The position numbers were made by a program, and so were the translations under genes. A DNA stretch of 64,000 nucleotides from Planococcus sp. (in: firmicutes) (GTDB lineage Bacteria; Bacillota; Bacilli; Bacillales_A; Planococcaceae): positions 8,027-72,026 of the forward strand of contig DATISS010000181.1 in NCBI GenBank assembly GCA_035468565.1, in the 5' to 3' direction. Shown here piece by piece: positions 38,177 through 47,563 of this stretch (positions are counted from its first letter, which is position 1; every line of letters begins with the position of its first letter). The notes below the pieces were generated by a model that did no database searches, was not told the origin of the DNA, and saw only the letters and a list, made by a program, of their open reading frames with translations.

Positions 38177-38236
38177 AAGGGTTTGAAGATTTTCCGGAAG
38201 GGTATTTTTTAAGAAACCTAAAGGAAAGTAGGAGAT

Positions 38237-38737
38237 TTGATGGCAGTCCAGTCAGAGCGAGTGGAGGCGCATAGCCTTCAAGGATTTCAAAACGAATATG
38301 CCTCCCGTAATCTATGGTCAGGGCTCCTGTTCGGCATAGGGCTGATGGCATTCGTAGATGAAGTGGTATTCCACCAATTGCTGCAATGGCATCATTTCTA
38401 TGATTTATCGACGCCGCGCGTTGGAATATTTGCCGATGGATTATTGAATTCGTTTGCCTGGTTTGCGGCGATTGGCGGATTGTTTATGTTTGCGGATCTT
38501 AGAAGACGCAGCGCTGTCTGGATGAAAAGGTGGGTGGCGGCGGTTTTCATTGGATTAGGCGGCTTTCAACTGTTCGACGGCATCATCGACCACAAAGTCT
38601 TAAGAACCCACCAAATTCGGTATGGCGTCGAATTGCTGCCATATGATTTGGCATGGAATATTTTTGGAGCGGCATTACTGGTTAGCGGCATCGCCCTTTT
38701 GATGCAGTCGAAAAAATCCGCGGCGAGAGAAGGGTGA
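38237..38737 (+). CDS. DUF2243 membrane protein
   Basis: DEVVFHQLLQWHHFY and FQLFDGIIDHKVLRTHQIR motifs. Confidence 0.85.
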   Translation: MMAVQSERVEAHSLQGFQNEYASRNLWSGLLFGIGLMAFVDEVVFHQLLQWHHFYDLSTPRVGIFADGLLNSFAWFAAIGGLFMFADLRRRSAVWMKRWVAAVFIGLGGFQLFDGIIDHKVLRTHQIRYGVELLPYDLAWNIFGAALLVSGIALLMQSKKSAAREG

Positions 38738-38741
38738 TTGA

Positions 38742-39536
38742 ATGGCAGGACATGGGCATGGCGAGCCTGTTTTCGGAGGTTTTGAAGCGGCGGCATTTGT
38801 TGTGCTTGCCGCGCTTTTTGTTTTGTATCCGTTAGCGGCTCTTATGACAGGGGAAAAATATAAGAAATGGCCGCTCCACCGGTATGCCTTTTGGGGTGCT
38901 GGGCTAGCGGCGATAGCAGCCGCGCTGCTGGGTCCGCTAGCGGAGCTAGCCCATTCGAATTTCACGGCCCATATGGCCGGGCATTTGCTGCTCGGAATGT
39001 TGGCGCCGCTGTTGTTGCTTTACGCAAAGCCAGTAACATTGTTATTGAGGACGCTGAGCGTTCCCAAAGCGAGAGGGCTGTCGCGGTTATTGAAAAGCCG
39101 GCCGCTTCAAGGGATCAGCCATCCCGTAACCGCAGCATTCTTGAACATCGGCGGATTATACGCGCTTTACTTGACGGGCCTTTTCGAAGCAATGCACCAA
39201 TCGGGTTGGCTGTATGCGTTCATCCATCTCCACGTTTTATTGGCGGGTTATTTGTTCACGATGTCCATCATTTATGTGGATGTGGCCCCGCATCGCTATG
39301 GGTTCATCTTGCGCTCGGCAGTCTTGATCCTTGCGTTAGCGGCGCATAAAATCCTGGCTAAGCTGATTTATGCTACACCGCCAGCCAGTGTCGGAAAAAA
39401 GGACGGTGAGGCGGGTGCCTTATTGATGTATTACGGCGGAGATGCCATAGATTTGGCTTTGATCATCATCCTTTGCTATCAATGGTATCGGTCGGCCGCT
39501 CCTCGGCTGAGTCCGCAGCCTGATTTGCTGAAATGA
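38742..39536 (+). CDS. Caa3_CtaG-like cytochrome oxidase assembly family membrane protein
   Basis: FTAHMAGHLLLGMLAPLLL, IHLHVLLAG and MYYGGDAID motifs. Confidence 0.82.
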   Translation: MAGHGHGEPVFGGFEAAAFVVLAALFVLYPLAALMTGEKYKKWPLHRYAFWGAGLAAIAAALLGPLAELAHSNFTAHMAGHLLLGMLAPLLLLYAKPVTLLLRTLSVPKARGLSRLLKSRPLQGISHPVTAAFLNIGGLYALYLTGLFEAMHQSGWLYAFIHLHVLLAGYLFTMSIIYVDVAPHRYGFILRSAVLILALAAHKILAKLIYATPPASVGKKDGEAGALLMYYGGDAIDLALIIILCYQWYRSAAPRLSPQPDLLK

Positions 39537-39588
39537 AAAAAAACTGCGTTGCCGCTCTGAAATCCCAGAGCGGCAACGCAGTTTTTTT
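39536..39588 (+). terminator. Strong Rho-independent terminator
   Basis: AAAAAAACTGCGTTGCCGCTCT / AGAGCGGCAACGCAGTTTTTTT, 22-bp stem. Confidence 0.8.
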
Positions 39589-39602
39589 CATAGACAAAGT
39601 GG

Positions 39603-39654
39603 TTGACAATAAACGATTACAAATGTAAACTATGGTTAATCGATTACATTTGTA
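39603..39654 (+). promoter_or_regulatory. copY promoter with two cop boxes
   Basis: TTGACA-17-TAAACT; TACAAATGTA (39618-39627) and TACATTTGTA (39645-39654) match TACAnnTGTA. Confidence 0.85.
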
Positions 39655-39671
39655 AATGGAGGAGGGTTTCC

Positions 39672-40130
39672 ATGGCAGTAGAAGAGAAAGTGGAAATTAC
39701 AGACGCTGAATGGGAAATCATGCGCGTCGTCTGGACGCTCGAGCAAGCCACAAGCAAAGAAATCATTGAAGTGCTCCAGGAAAAGAAAGACTGGAAGCCG
39801 GCAACAACAAAAACGTTTATCGGACGCCTTGTCAAAAAAGGAATACTGCTGGCAGAACCGCAAGGCAATAAATTCATTTATTCAGCCGGCATCAGCGAAG
39901 AAGGCAGTGTAAAAAGCGCTACCGACCGATTATTCGGCCAGATTTGCAGCCGTGCAGCCGGCAAGACAATCGCCGATATGATTTCCAAAGCGCTGCTCAG
40001 CCATGAAGATATCCGGCTGCTGCAGTCCGCATTGGACGCCAAAAAAGACGAGGCTGTGGATACGGTCCCGTGCAATTGTATCCCGGGGCAATGCAAATGC
40101 AAAAAAGATCATAATATAAATTGCTACTAA
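39672..40130 (+). CDS. copY: CopY/TcrY family copper-responsive repressor
   Basis: BlaI-type wHTH (AEWEIMRVVW, TFIGRLVKKG); C-terminal CNCIPGQCKC (CxCx4CxC). Confidence 0.92.
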   Translation: MAVEEKVEITDAEWEIMRVVWTLEQATSKEIIEVLQEKKDWKPATTKTFIGRLVKKGILLAEPQGNKFIYSAGISEEGSVKSATDRLFGQICSRAAGKTIADMISKALLSHEDIRLLQSALDAKKDEAVDTVPCNCIPGQCKCKKDHNINCY

Positions 40131-40151
40131 ATGTAAGGAGTTGAGCACATT

Positions 40152-42608
40152 ATGGAAAAAACATTGAATATAGAAGGCATGACCTGTGCGTCATGTGCAA
40201 AAGCCGTTGAAAGAGCGGTCAACAAATTGCCGGGGGTAAGTGATTCGAACGTCAATCTGGCAACTGAGAAAGTGAAAGTCATTTATGACGAAGGCGCTGT
40301 TTCTGTGCAGGATATCCAGGACGCTGTCGAAAAAGCGGGTTATAAAGCGAGCACCGACAGCGTAGTAAAAAGTTTTGTGATTGAAGGCATGACTTGTGCC
40401 TCCTGCGTGCAAGCGGTTGAAAGAGCGACGCGCAAACTGCCGGGAGTGGCCTAATCGAAACTCAATATGGCCACTGAAAAAATGGTGATCCGCTATGATC
40501 CATCAGTTGTGGCCATTTCCGATATAAAAGCGGCGGTTAGCGACGCCGGCTACGAAGCGCATGACGATGAAGCGACAATCGATTCGGCTGATGAAGACCG
40601 TGAAAAAAAACAGCAGCATATAAAAGAAATGTGGAGAAGGTTCTGGATGTCCGCGGCTTTGACTGTACCGCTGCTACTCATCTCAATGGGGCATATGGTC
40701 GGAATGCCGTTGCCGTCAATCATCGATCCGGAGATCAACCATACGAACTTTGCGATGATTCAGCTGCTTTTGACCATTCCGGTGATGATCTTAGGAGCGA
40801 AATTCTTCACAGTCGGGTTCCGCACCTTATTTAAAGGACACCCGAATATGGACTCGCTTATCGCGTTGGGGACAAGTGCGGCGTTTATTTACAGCCTGGT
40901 TGTCACAGCGTTCATGTTTGCAAGCGACGAGCACGCTGCCGATAATCTGTATTACGAATCAGCTGCAGTCATCCTGACGCTGATTACCTTAGGGAAATAT
41001 TTCGAAGCCTTGTCAAAAGGCAAAACGTCCGAGGCCATCAAAAAATTGATGGGCATGACACCGAAATCCGCTGTCGTATTCAGAGACGGCGAAGAGCGTG
41101 AAATCTCTGTGGATGAAGTGGCAGTGGGAGATATCGTCATCGTCAAGCCCGGTGAAAGAATGCCGGTGGATGGGATTGTCACGGAAGGCACCACTTCCGT
41201 CGATGAATCGATGATTTCAGGTGAAAGCTTGCCTAGCGACAAAGCTGCGGGAGATGCCATCGTCGGAGCGAGCATCAACAAGAATGGCGCGATCCGCTAC
41301 CGAGCGACGAAAGTCGGCAAAGACACGGTACTTGCGCGGATTATCAAATTGGTAGAAGATGCACAGGGCTCGAAAGCGCCAATTGCCCGATTGGCGGACA
41401 TCATCTCCGCTTACTTTGTGCCTGTCGTCATCGTTTTGGCGTTGATCTCTGGCTTGGCCTGGTATTTCGGCGGACAGACAGCTGTTTTTGCACTGACCAT
41501 CACCATTTCCGTATTGGTTATCGCCTGCCCGTGCGCACTTGGCCTCGCGACGCCGACAGCAATCATGGTCGGCACCGGGAAAGGCGCAGAACATGGCGTC
41601 TTGATCAAAAGCGGGGAAGCGTTGGAAACCACCCATAAAATACAAACAATCGTCTTTGATAAAACAGGAACCATTACAGAAGGAAAATTGAAAGTGACCG
41701 ATATTGTGTTGGCTGACAGCACAATGTCGGAAGAACAATTACTGGCGCTAGCGGCTTCCGCTGAAAAAGGGTCTGAACATCCCATCGGGGAAGCGATCGT
41801 TGAAGCAGCGGCTGGAAAAGGGCTGGCTCTTGCCAAAGGCGAAGCGTTCAAGGCGATTCCGGGCCACGGCCTTGAAGTTGAGATAGACGGTCGCAAAGTG
41901 TCGATCGGCAATCGTAAATTAATGAGCAAGCAAAACATTTCGCTCAGTGCCCTATCGGAACCAGCCGACAATTTGGCTGGCGAAGGCAAGTCGTTGATGT
42001 TCATTGCCGCAGACGGCAAACTGGCGGGCGTCATCGCAGTGGCTGACACAATCAAGGAATCGAGTGCCTTGGCAATCCGCAAGCTTCAGAAGATGGGCAT
42101 CGAAGTCGCTATGCTTACGGGTGATAACAAACTGACCGCTGAAGCGATCGCCAAGCAGGTCGGAGTGGACCGTGTCCTAAGTGAAGTCCTGCCCGAAGAT
42201 AAAGCGGACGAAGTGAAAAAACTTCAGGCAGAAGGCAAAATCGTGGCGATGGTCGGGGACGGCATAAACGACGCTCCGGCATTGGCACAGGCAGATGTCG
42301 GCATCGCTATCGGTTCCGGCACTGATGTGGCAATGGAATCAGCGGATATCGTGTTGATGAGAAGCGATTTGATGGATGTCTTGACTGCGGTGGACCTGAG
42401 CAAATCCACGATTAAAAATGTAAAACAAAATCTGTTCTGGGCTTTCGCCTATAATATTCTCGGCATCCCGGTAGCGATGGGAATCCTCTATCTGTTCGGA
42501 GGCCCATTGTTAAGCCCGATGATTGCCGGCGCCGCAATGAGTTTTAGTTCAGTCTCGGTGCTGATCAATGCCTTGAGGCTCAAAGGCTTTAAACCGGCGG
42601 TTGCCTAA
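40152..42608 (+). pseudogene. copA: Cu(I)-exporting P1B-1 ATPase interrupted by one in-frame TAA (40452-40454); gives ORFs 40152-40454 and 40467-42608
   Basis: Two GMTCASC HMA motifs, CPC, DKTGT, SEHP, GDGINDAP, YN..P and M..SS; one reading frame spans the stop (819 codons). Confidence 0.85.
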
Positions 42609-42633
42609 GTTGAAGTTAATGGAGGGATAGAAG

Positions 42634-42915
42634 ATGAGCAATGGATTGGAAATGGTGCTGTATACGCGCCCAACCTGCAGCGATTGCCAGGATGCAAAGT
42701 CCTATCTCGCGTCCAATGGCATTTCCTACGAACACAAGGATGTCGAAGCGGAGCCGGCTTTGGAGAAGGACATGAAAGAGATTTCCGGCAGCCGCATCGT
42801 ACCGCTGTTCGCTTTCTATAAGAAGGGCCTGTTCGGAAAGCGCAGGCTGGCCCGCCATTTTATCGGTTTTGAAGAAAATAAGGAAGAGCTCAAGCGCTTG
42901 TTTGAACTCACATAA
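42634..42915 (+). CDS. Glutaredoxin family protein
   Basis: YTRPTCSDC CxxC; SRIVP cis-Pro motif. Confidence 0.82.
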   Translation: MSNGLEMVLYTRPTCSDCQDAKSYLASNGISYEHKDVEAEPALEKDMKEISGSRIVPLFAFYKKGLFGKRRLARHFIGFEENKEELKRLFELT

Positions 42916-42917
42916 CC

Positions 42918-42951
42918 AAAAGACCGCTGTCCGAAAGGGCAGCGGTTTTTT
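42918..42951. terminator. Bidirectional terminator
   Basis: ACCGCTGTCC-GAAA-GGGCAGCGGT with A and T flanks. Confidence 0.75.
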
Positions 42952-43996
42952 AGTCTTTGCGGAATACCCAGGCGCGTTGGGCGACAAATCCGAAGATGAA
43001 CAACACAGTATCGACCATCACTTTCAGGATGACTTCTCCGTGGCCAAGCCATTCTGTATAGAGCAGATGGACGGAAGCCGCAGATATCAGCATGATGAAA
43101 CCAGCCAGTAGGTAATAGCGGTAAAATGACTGGCGGCTGCCTTGTTTGAACACTTTGTTGCGGTTGACGTAGTAATTGAAGAGCGACGACAGCACACGTG
43201 CTGCAATGGTCGCGAAAATGATGAACAGCTCGGGAGCTTCGTCGCGCAGCAGCTGGATGAAAATCCAGTAAAGTCCGATATCCAGTCCGAACGAAGCGGC
43301 ACCGGAAATTCCGTACAGCAGAAACACTTTATAAATATGGAATGAATCCTTGAGCGGATTGAAATGCGACGATTTATTGGCATCAAGGTAGACAGTTTGG
43401 ATGCTGACTTCTGAAATCGGGATGTAATTTTTCTTCAATGCAGCCAAAACGTTCATCTCGTATTCAAAGCGCTCGCCGAGTACGCCGAGCAGCCGCGGCA
43501 AGTATTTGACCGGTATGCCCCGAAGCCCGGTCTGGGTATCGGTCAGCACGGTTCCAGTGGACAGCCTGAACAGCAGCCGGGTAAAACGATTGCCGAAGCG
43601 GCTACGGAAAGGCACTTCCTTATGGTTGAAATCCCTCGCGCCAAGAACGACGTGGTTCGGTTCTTCGACCATTTCCCGACTCAGTTTAATCATATCCGAA
43701 ACCAGATGCTGGCCGTCCGCATCAGCGGTGATGATGGCTTCGAACGGCAACTGTTCGTTGAGTATGTAGTGGAATGCAGTTTTGAGGGCCCGCCCTTTCC
43801 CTTGATTTGCGGCATGCCGCAGCACGGTAGCTTGCGGGATGGAAAGAAGGGAATCGAAAAAAACGGCATATGCGGGACCGCTGCCGTCATCGATGACGAT
43901 AATATGCGGAAAACCGGCAGCCAGGATGTCCTGGATCAAGTCGAGGCAATTGCTGCCTGGTTTATATGCCGGAATCACGACAGCAATCTGTTTCAT
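42950..43996 (-). CDS. GT2 glycosyltransferase fused to a GtrA-like flippase domain
   Basis: VIPAYKP, VIDDGS, NQGKGRALK, DADGQH, DTQTGLR; C-terminal four-TM region with FNYYVNRNKVF. Confidence 0.88.
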   Translation of the reverse strand: MKQIAVVIPAYKPGSNCLDLIQDILAAGFPHIIVIDDGSGPAYAVFFDSLLSIPQATVLRHAANQGKGRALKTAFHYILNEQLPFEAIITADADGQHLVSDMIKLSREMVEEPNHVVLGARDFNHKEVPFRSRFGNRFTRLLFRLSTGTVLTDTQTGLRGIPVKYLPRLLGVLGERFEYEMNVLAALKKNYIPISEVSIQTVYLDANKSSHFNPLKDSFHIYKVFLLYGISGAASFGLDIGLYWIFIQLLRDEAPELFIIFATIAARVLSSLFNYYVNRNKVFKQGSRQSFYRYYLLAGFIMLISAASVHLLYTEWLGHGEVILKVMVDTVLFIFGFVAQRAWVFRKD

Positions 43997-44199
43997 GTGC
44001 TTGCCCCCTTTGCGCAATATATGCATGTGCTATGGCGATTCCGCGTTATATAAGATGTTATATGACTAAATACTTAGTACTCAATTACCCTTATTCTGTG
44101 GCTCTTACTCTATTCTTAAGGAATTCTTCAGAAAAGGCAGTACTGTTTGTTAAGACTTTCCTCTTATACTAAAGCCAGGAAGTAGAAAGGGGCATAAAA

Positions 44200-44898
44200 A
44201 TGATTGAAATTAACACGCTATCCCATTCTTTTGCTATTGGCAAAAAAGGGAACGAACGCAAAATTCCGGTATTGGAAGAGATTACGCTCCACGTCAAACA
44301 AGGGGAGATTGCCGCTATTTTAGGGAAAAGCGGTTCCGGAAAATCGACGTTATTGAACATTCTGGCTGGCTTCATGGCGCCTGAATCAGGAATGGTGGCA
44401 GTCGGCGGCCAGGAAATATCTTCGCTGAACGAATCCGCGATGGCAAATTTTCGGCTGAAGAATTTCGGCTTTATCTTTCAAAGTTTTCAATTGATGCCTG
44501 CGCTGAATGCCTTCGAAAACATTGAATTGCCGTTGAAGATAAAAGGGATAAAAGCGCCGGAACGGAAGGCAGCAGTAGAAAAAATAATGGCGGAAGTCGG
44601 TTTGTCGGCAGTTGCCGGGCATTACCCGAATGAGTTGTCGGGAGGCCAGCAGCAGCGCGTCAGCATCGCTCGTGCGTTGATTACCAAGCCGCCGGTCATT
44701 CTGGCAGATGAGCCCACCGGCAGCCTCGACTCTGAGACCGAGCAGGAAATACTGGACTTGATCCGTTCGCTCAACCGCGACCTAGGGGTGACATTCGTTA
44801 TCATCACCCATGACGATGAAGTGGCGGGAATTGCCCACCGCCAGTACCGCCTGCATGATGGGAAATTGGCGAAAGGAACGCAGCGCCATGCAATTTAA
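44200..44898 (+). CDS. ABC transporter ATP-binding protein (MacB/LolD-type)
   Basis: GKSGSGKST, LSGGQQQR, ILADEPTGSLD. Confidence 0.92.
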   Translation: MIEINTLSHSFAIGKKGNERKIPVLEEITLHVKQGEIAAILGKSGSGKSTLLNILAGFMAPESGMVAVGGQEISSLNESAMANFRLKNFGFIFQSFQLMPALNAFENIELPLKIKGIKAPERKAAVEKIMAEVGLSAVAGHYPNELSGGQQQRVSIARALITKPPVILADEPTGSLDSETEQEILDLIRSLNRDLGVTFVIITHDDEVAGIAHRQYRLHDGKLAKGTQRHAI

Positions 44899-46159
44899 AG
44901 ATCAGCTCGGATTTATCGCGCAGCACATGAAACGCAACAAACTACGGATGGCAACGACGATACTCGCAGCCACAATGGGCTGTGCTTTTCTCATTGTCCT
45001 GGCTTCAGTCGGCTTCGGACTCCACAAAACCTTGTCGGACGATATCTTGGAAAACCGGACCGTGACCAAAATCGAAGTGCCGGGCAAGAAAGATTCGGAA
45101 GATGCGATTACAGTCCAGGAAGCGGAAGCGATGCGCGAAATTCCACACGTCAAAGCAGTAGCTGAACGCAGCCGGCCGCAGGCTGAAGGGGAGGCCCGCT
45201 TGGGTGAGCGCAGCGCATATGCTGATTTGGTGTTTGTCCAATTTGAAAACGAAGAAAAGGCAGGGCTCGCTTTATCGGAAGGCGCGATGCCTTCAGCGGA
45301 AGGGGAGGTCCTGGTAGGCTATCATTTCGCCAGCTCACTATTGATCCGGGAAGAGCGGGACAACACTACTGAAGGGAAAGAGTTGGATGGTTTTGCCGGC
45401 AGCTTAATCGGCCAGACTTTTGAAATTGAGCTAAAGCCATATGAAGGAGAAGGAGAGCCTGTTGTCCGGGAATTCATGGTAGCGGGAGTTACGGAAGAGC
45501 CAGCAAAAGACTGGATGATGGACAGTTCGATTTATGCGGATGAATCATGGAGCAAAACCATTGCGGAAAGCTTGGGAACCGAAGAGACACCGCATGAAGT
45601 GCTCGTTTATGCGGACGAATTGCAATATGTAGAAGGCATTACTGAAAAGCTGAAAAGGGATGGCTATTACGTCTATTCCGTTACAGAAGAGTTGGGTTCG
45701 ATGAATATGTTCTTCACGCTATTGAAGGCAGGTTTGATTTTTGTCGGCACGATTGCAATTTTGATCGCTTCGATCGGCATTTTCAATACGATGACGATGG
45801 CTGTGACAGAGCGCACGCGTGAAATTGGCGTCATGAAAGCAATCGGCGCACAACCGAAATTGATTCAGCGCCTGTTCCTTATGGAAAGTGCGGCAATTGG
45901 TATCATTGGCACCTTCCTGGCAGTCATCATTGCCTATGGCATCAGTATGCTAGCGAACTGGCTAGTGCCGATGATCGTCATGAGCTCGCTTGACGAAGAA
46001 GAGATGGGGGATTTCAATCTCTTGATTTCCGTCATTCCGTGGCAGTTGGTCGCTATTTCATCAGCCATCAGCATTGGCGTCGCTATGGTTTCTGGATGGC
46101 GTCCGGCGCGAAAAGCGACGCAAATCAATGTGATTCAGGCGCTGCGCCAAGAATTATAG
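44888..46159 (+). CDS. ABC transporter permease (MacB/FtsX-type)
   Basis: IGIFNTMTMAVTERTREIGVMKAIGA; P+3TM topology. Confidence 0.9.
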   Translation: MQFKDQLGFIAQHMKRNKLRMATTILAATMGCAFLIVLASVGFGLHKTLSDDILENRTVTKIEVPGKKDSEDAITVQEAEAMREIPHVKAVAERSRPQAEGEARLGERSAYADLVFVQFENEEKAGLALSEGAMPSAEGEVLVGYHFASSLLIREERDNTTEGKELDGFAGSLIGQTFEIELKPYEGEGEPVVREFMVAGVTEEPAKDWMMDSSIYADESWSKTIAESLGTEETPHEVLVYADELQYVEGITEKLKRDGYYVYSVTEELGSMNMFFTLLKAGLIFVGTIAILIASIGIFNTMTMAVTERTREIGVMKAIGAQPKLIQRLFLMESAAIGIIGTFLAVIIAYGISMLANWLVPMIVMSSLDEEEMGDFNLLISVIPWQLVAISSAISIGVAMVSGWRPARKATQINVIQALRQEL

Positions 46160-46184
46160 ACATTGAAGACGGAAAATACGGTTG

Positions 46185-46247
46185 CTGCAAATAAAATCGG
46201 TTATTCTGCAAGTAAATAAGAATTTCCCGCAAGCAATACATCCGCAT
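46185..46247. repeat. Degenerate 21-bp tandem repeat, 3 units
   Basis: CYGCAA at 46185, 46206 and 46227. Confidence 0.45.
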
Positions 46248-46252
46248 TCAAC

Positions 46253-46290
46253 AAAACCCGCCTGATTCCAGTGGAATCAGGCGGGTTTTT
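46253..46290. terminator. Bidirectional terminator
   Basis: AAAACCCGCCTGATTCCA / TGGAATCAGGCGGGTTTT. Confidence 0.8.
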
Positions 46291-46294
46291 CATT

Positions 46295-46849
46295 CTATTC
46301 AACCACTTTGAAACTGATGGCGGCATGGATATCGTAATCGGTCTTGTCCGCTTCTGGGTTCCCAGTATAGAAATTGGCGGATCCGTCCACTTCGTAGAAT
46401 CCTTCAGGAAACTGGCCGTCCATCACCTTTTTGATAAACTCCCGGTAATCTTTCGGGTCTTCTTCCGAATAGCCGCCGCTTCCGCGGTAGTCTTCACGAA
46501 GCGGCTCACCTTTAACGAGTGTCGTCATGATTAGCGGTTCGTTCATGGGATAAGGAATTTCGAAGTTTTTTGTTTTTTCGTGCAGGAGAAAATAGAATGG
46601 TGAAGCGGCGTGATAAATGTCGATGCTTTCTTGCTCTCCCGTATATTCCAATTCCGCATACATGCTGATGGGACCGCCAGCTTCGAACGTATCGCTCTCT
46701 GAGGTAAGGCGATAGATGAAATCACCCTCTTTGGCTTCGGCAACAGGCGTTGCCTTAGATTCCTCAAACTTTGCACCTGAGTTTCCCTGCGCGCCGCATC
46801 CTGCCATCAATATGGAGCCTAGTATTAAAAGAAAACTTGTTTTGCGCAT
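46295..46849 (-). CDS. Lipoprotein of unknown function
   Basis: Lipobox LMAGC. Confidence 0.8.
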   Translation of the reverse strand: MRKTSFLLILGSILMAGCGAQGNSGAKFEESKATPVAEAKEGDFIYRLTSESDTFEAGGPISMYAELEYTGEQESIDIYHAASPFYFLLHEKTKNFEIPYPMNEPLIMTTLVKGEPLREDYRGSGGYSEEDPKDYREFIKKVMDGQFPEGFYEVDGSANFYTGNPEADKTDYDIHAAISFKVVE

Positions 46850-46906
46850 TCGGCATCGCCCCTTTACTGTATAAGACGAAGCAGCCGTGAGGGCGTTACA
46901 AGAAAC

Positions 46907-47461
46907 CTAATCCAAAACGTCTTCCGGCCGATAACCATCCTGCAGCTCTTTGATCGACAAGCCGAAAGTCATTTCCAGATGCGGGTAATCCTTGAACCGC
47001 CGCCAATCGCCGCCCCATGAAAAACCGAGTTCTTTGCCGATAGCCGCTACTTCGAACCAGTCGCTCTGGCCGTTGCCATTGGCGTCGCGTTCAATGTCCC
47101 ATACGACGCCGCCGTTGCCATCCCGCAAAGCAAAATCGATGGCAAGTCCGTAATTATGAAACGAACCGCCGCCTTGCACTTGCGTCACGACATTGCCTGG
47201 CGCACTCCGCCCCTGGGCATGCAGCCTGTCTTGTTCGCCCTGCGACCGGAAACCATCGGTGATGATGATCTCGATGCCGGCTGCTGAAGCCAGCCGGATG
47301 AGTTCGTCGCGCTTTTCTTCAATTATGGGGTGCAATCCTGACGGCATCGGGCGCTGCTTTAATTCTTCGCGGAACTCCATTTCCCTCTGAATCCATATAA
47401 ATGAAAAACCGCCAAGGACCAGTAAAAAAAGAATGGAAAAAGCGGATTTAAGCTGTTTCAA
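46907..47461 (-). CDS. M15 family peptidoglycan L-Ala-D-Glu peptidase (CwlK-like)
   Basis: GFRSQGEQ, SFHNYGLAID (SxHxxGxAxD), WGGDW..DYPHLE; TTG start with GAGGGG RBS. Confidence 0.87.
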   Translation of the reverse strand: MKQLKSAFSILFLLVLGGFSFIWIQREMEFREELKQRPMPSGLHPIIEEKRDELIRLASAAGIEIIITDGFRSQGEQDRLHAQGRSAPGNVVTQVQGGGSFHNYGLAIDFALRDGNGGVVWDIERDANGNGQSDWFEVAAIGKELGFSWGGDWRRFKDYPHLEMTFGLSIKELQDGYRPEDVLD

Positions 47462-47563
47462 TCGTTTCACCCCTCTGAATTTATTGTACCAAAAATCGTT
47501 GTGAGGGTATCTGCTGAAAGTTTTTGATAGGATAGAGGAAAGACTGGAAAGGGGCAATGCAGA

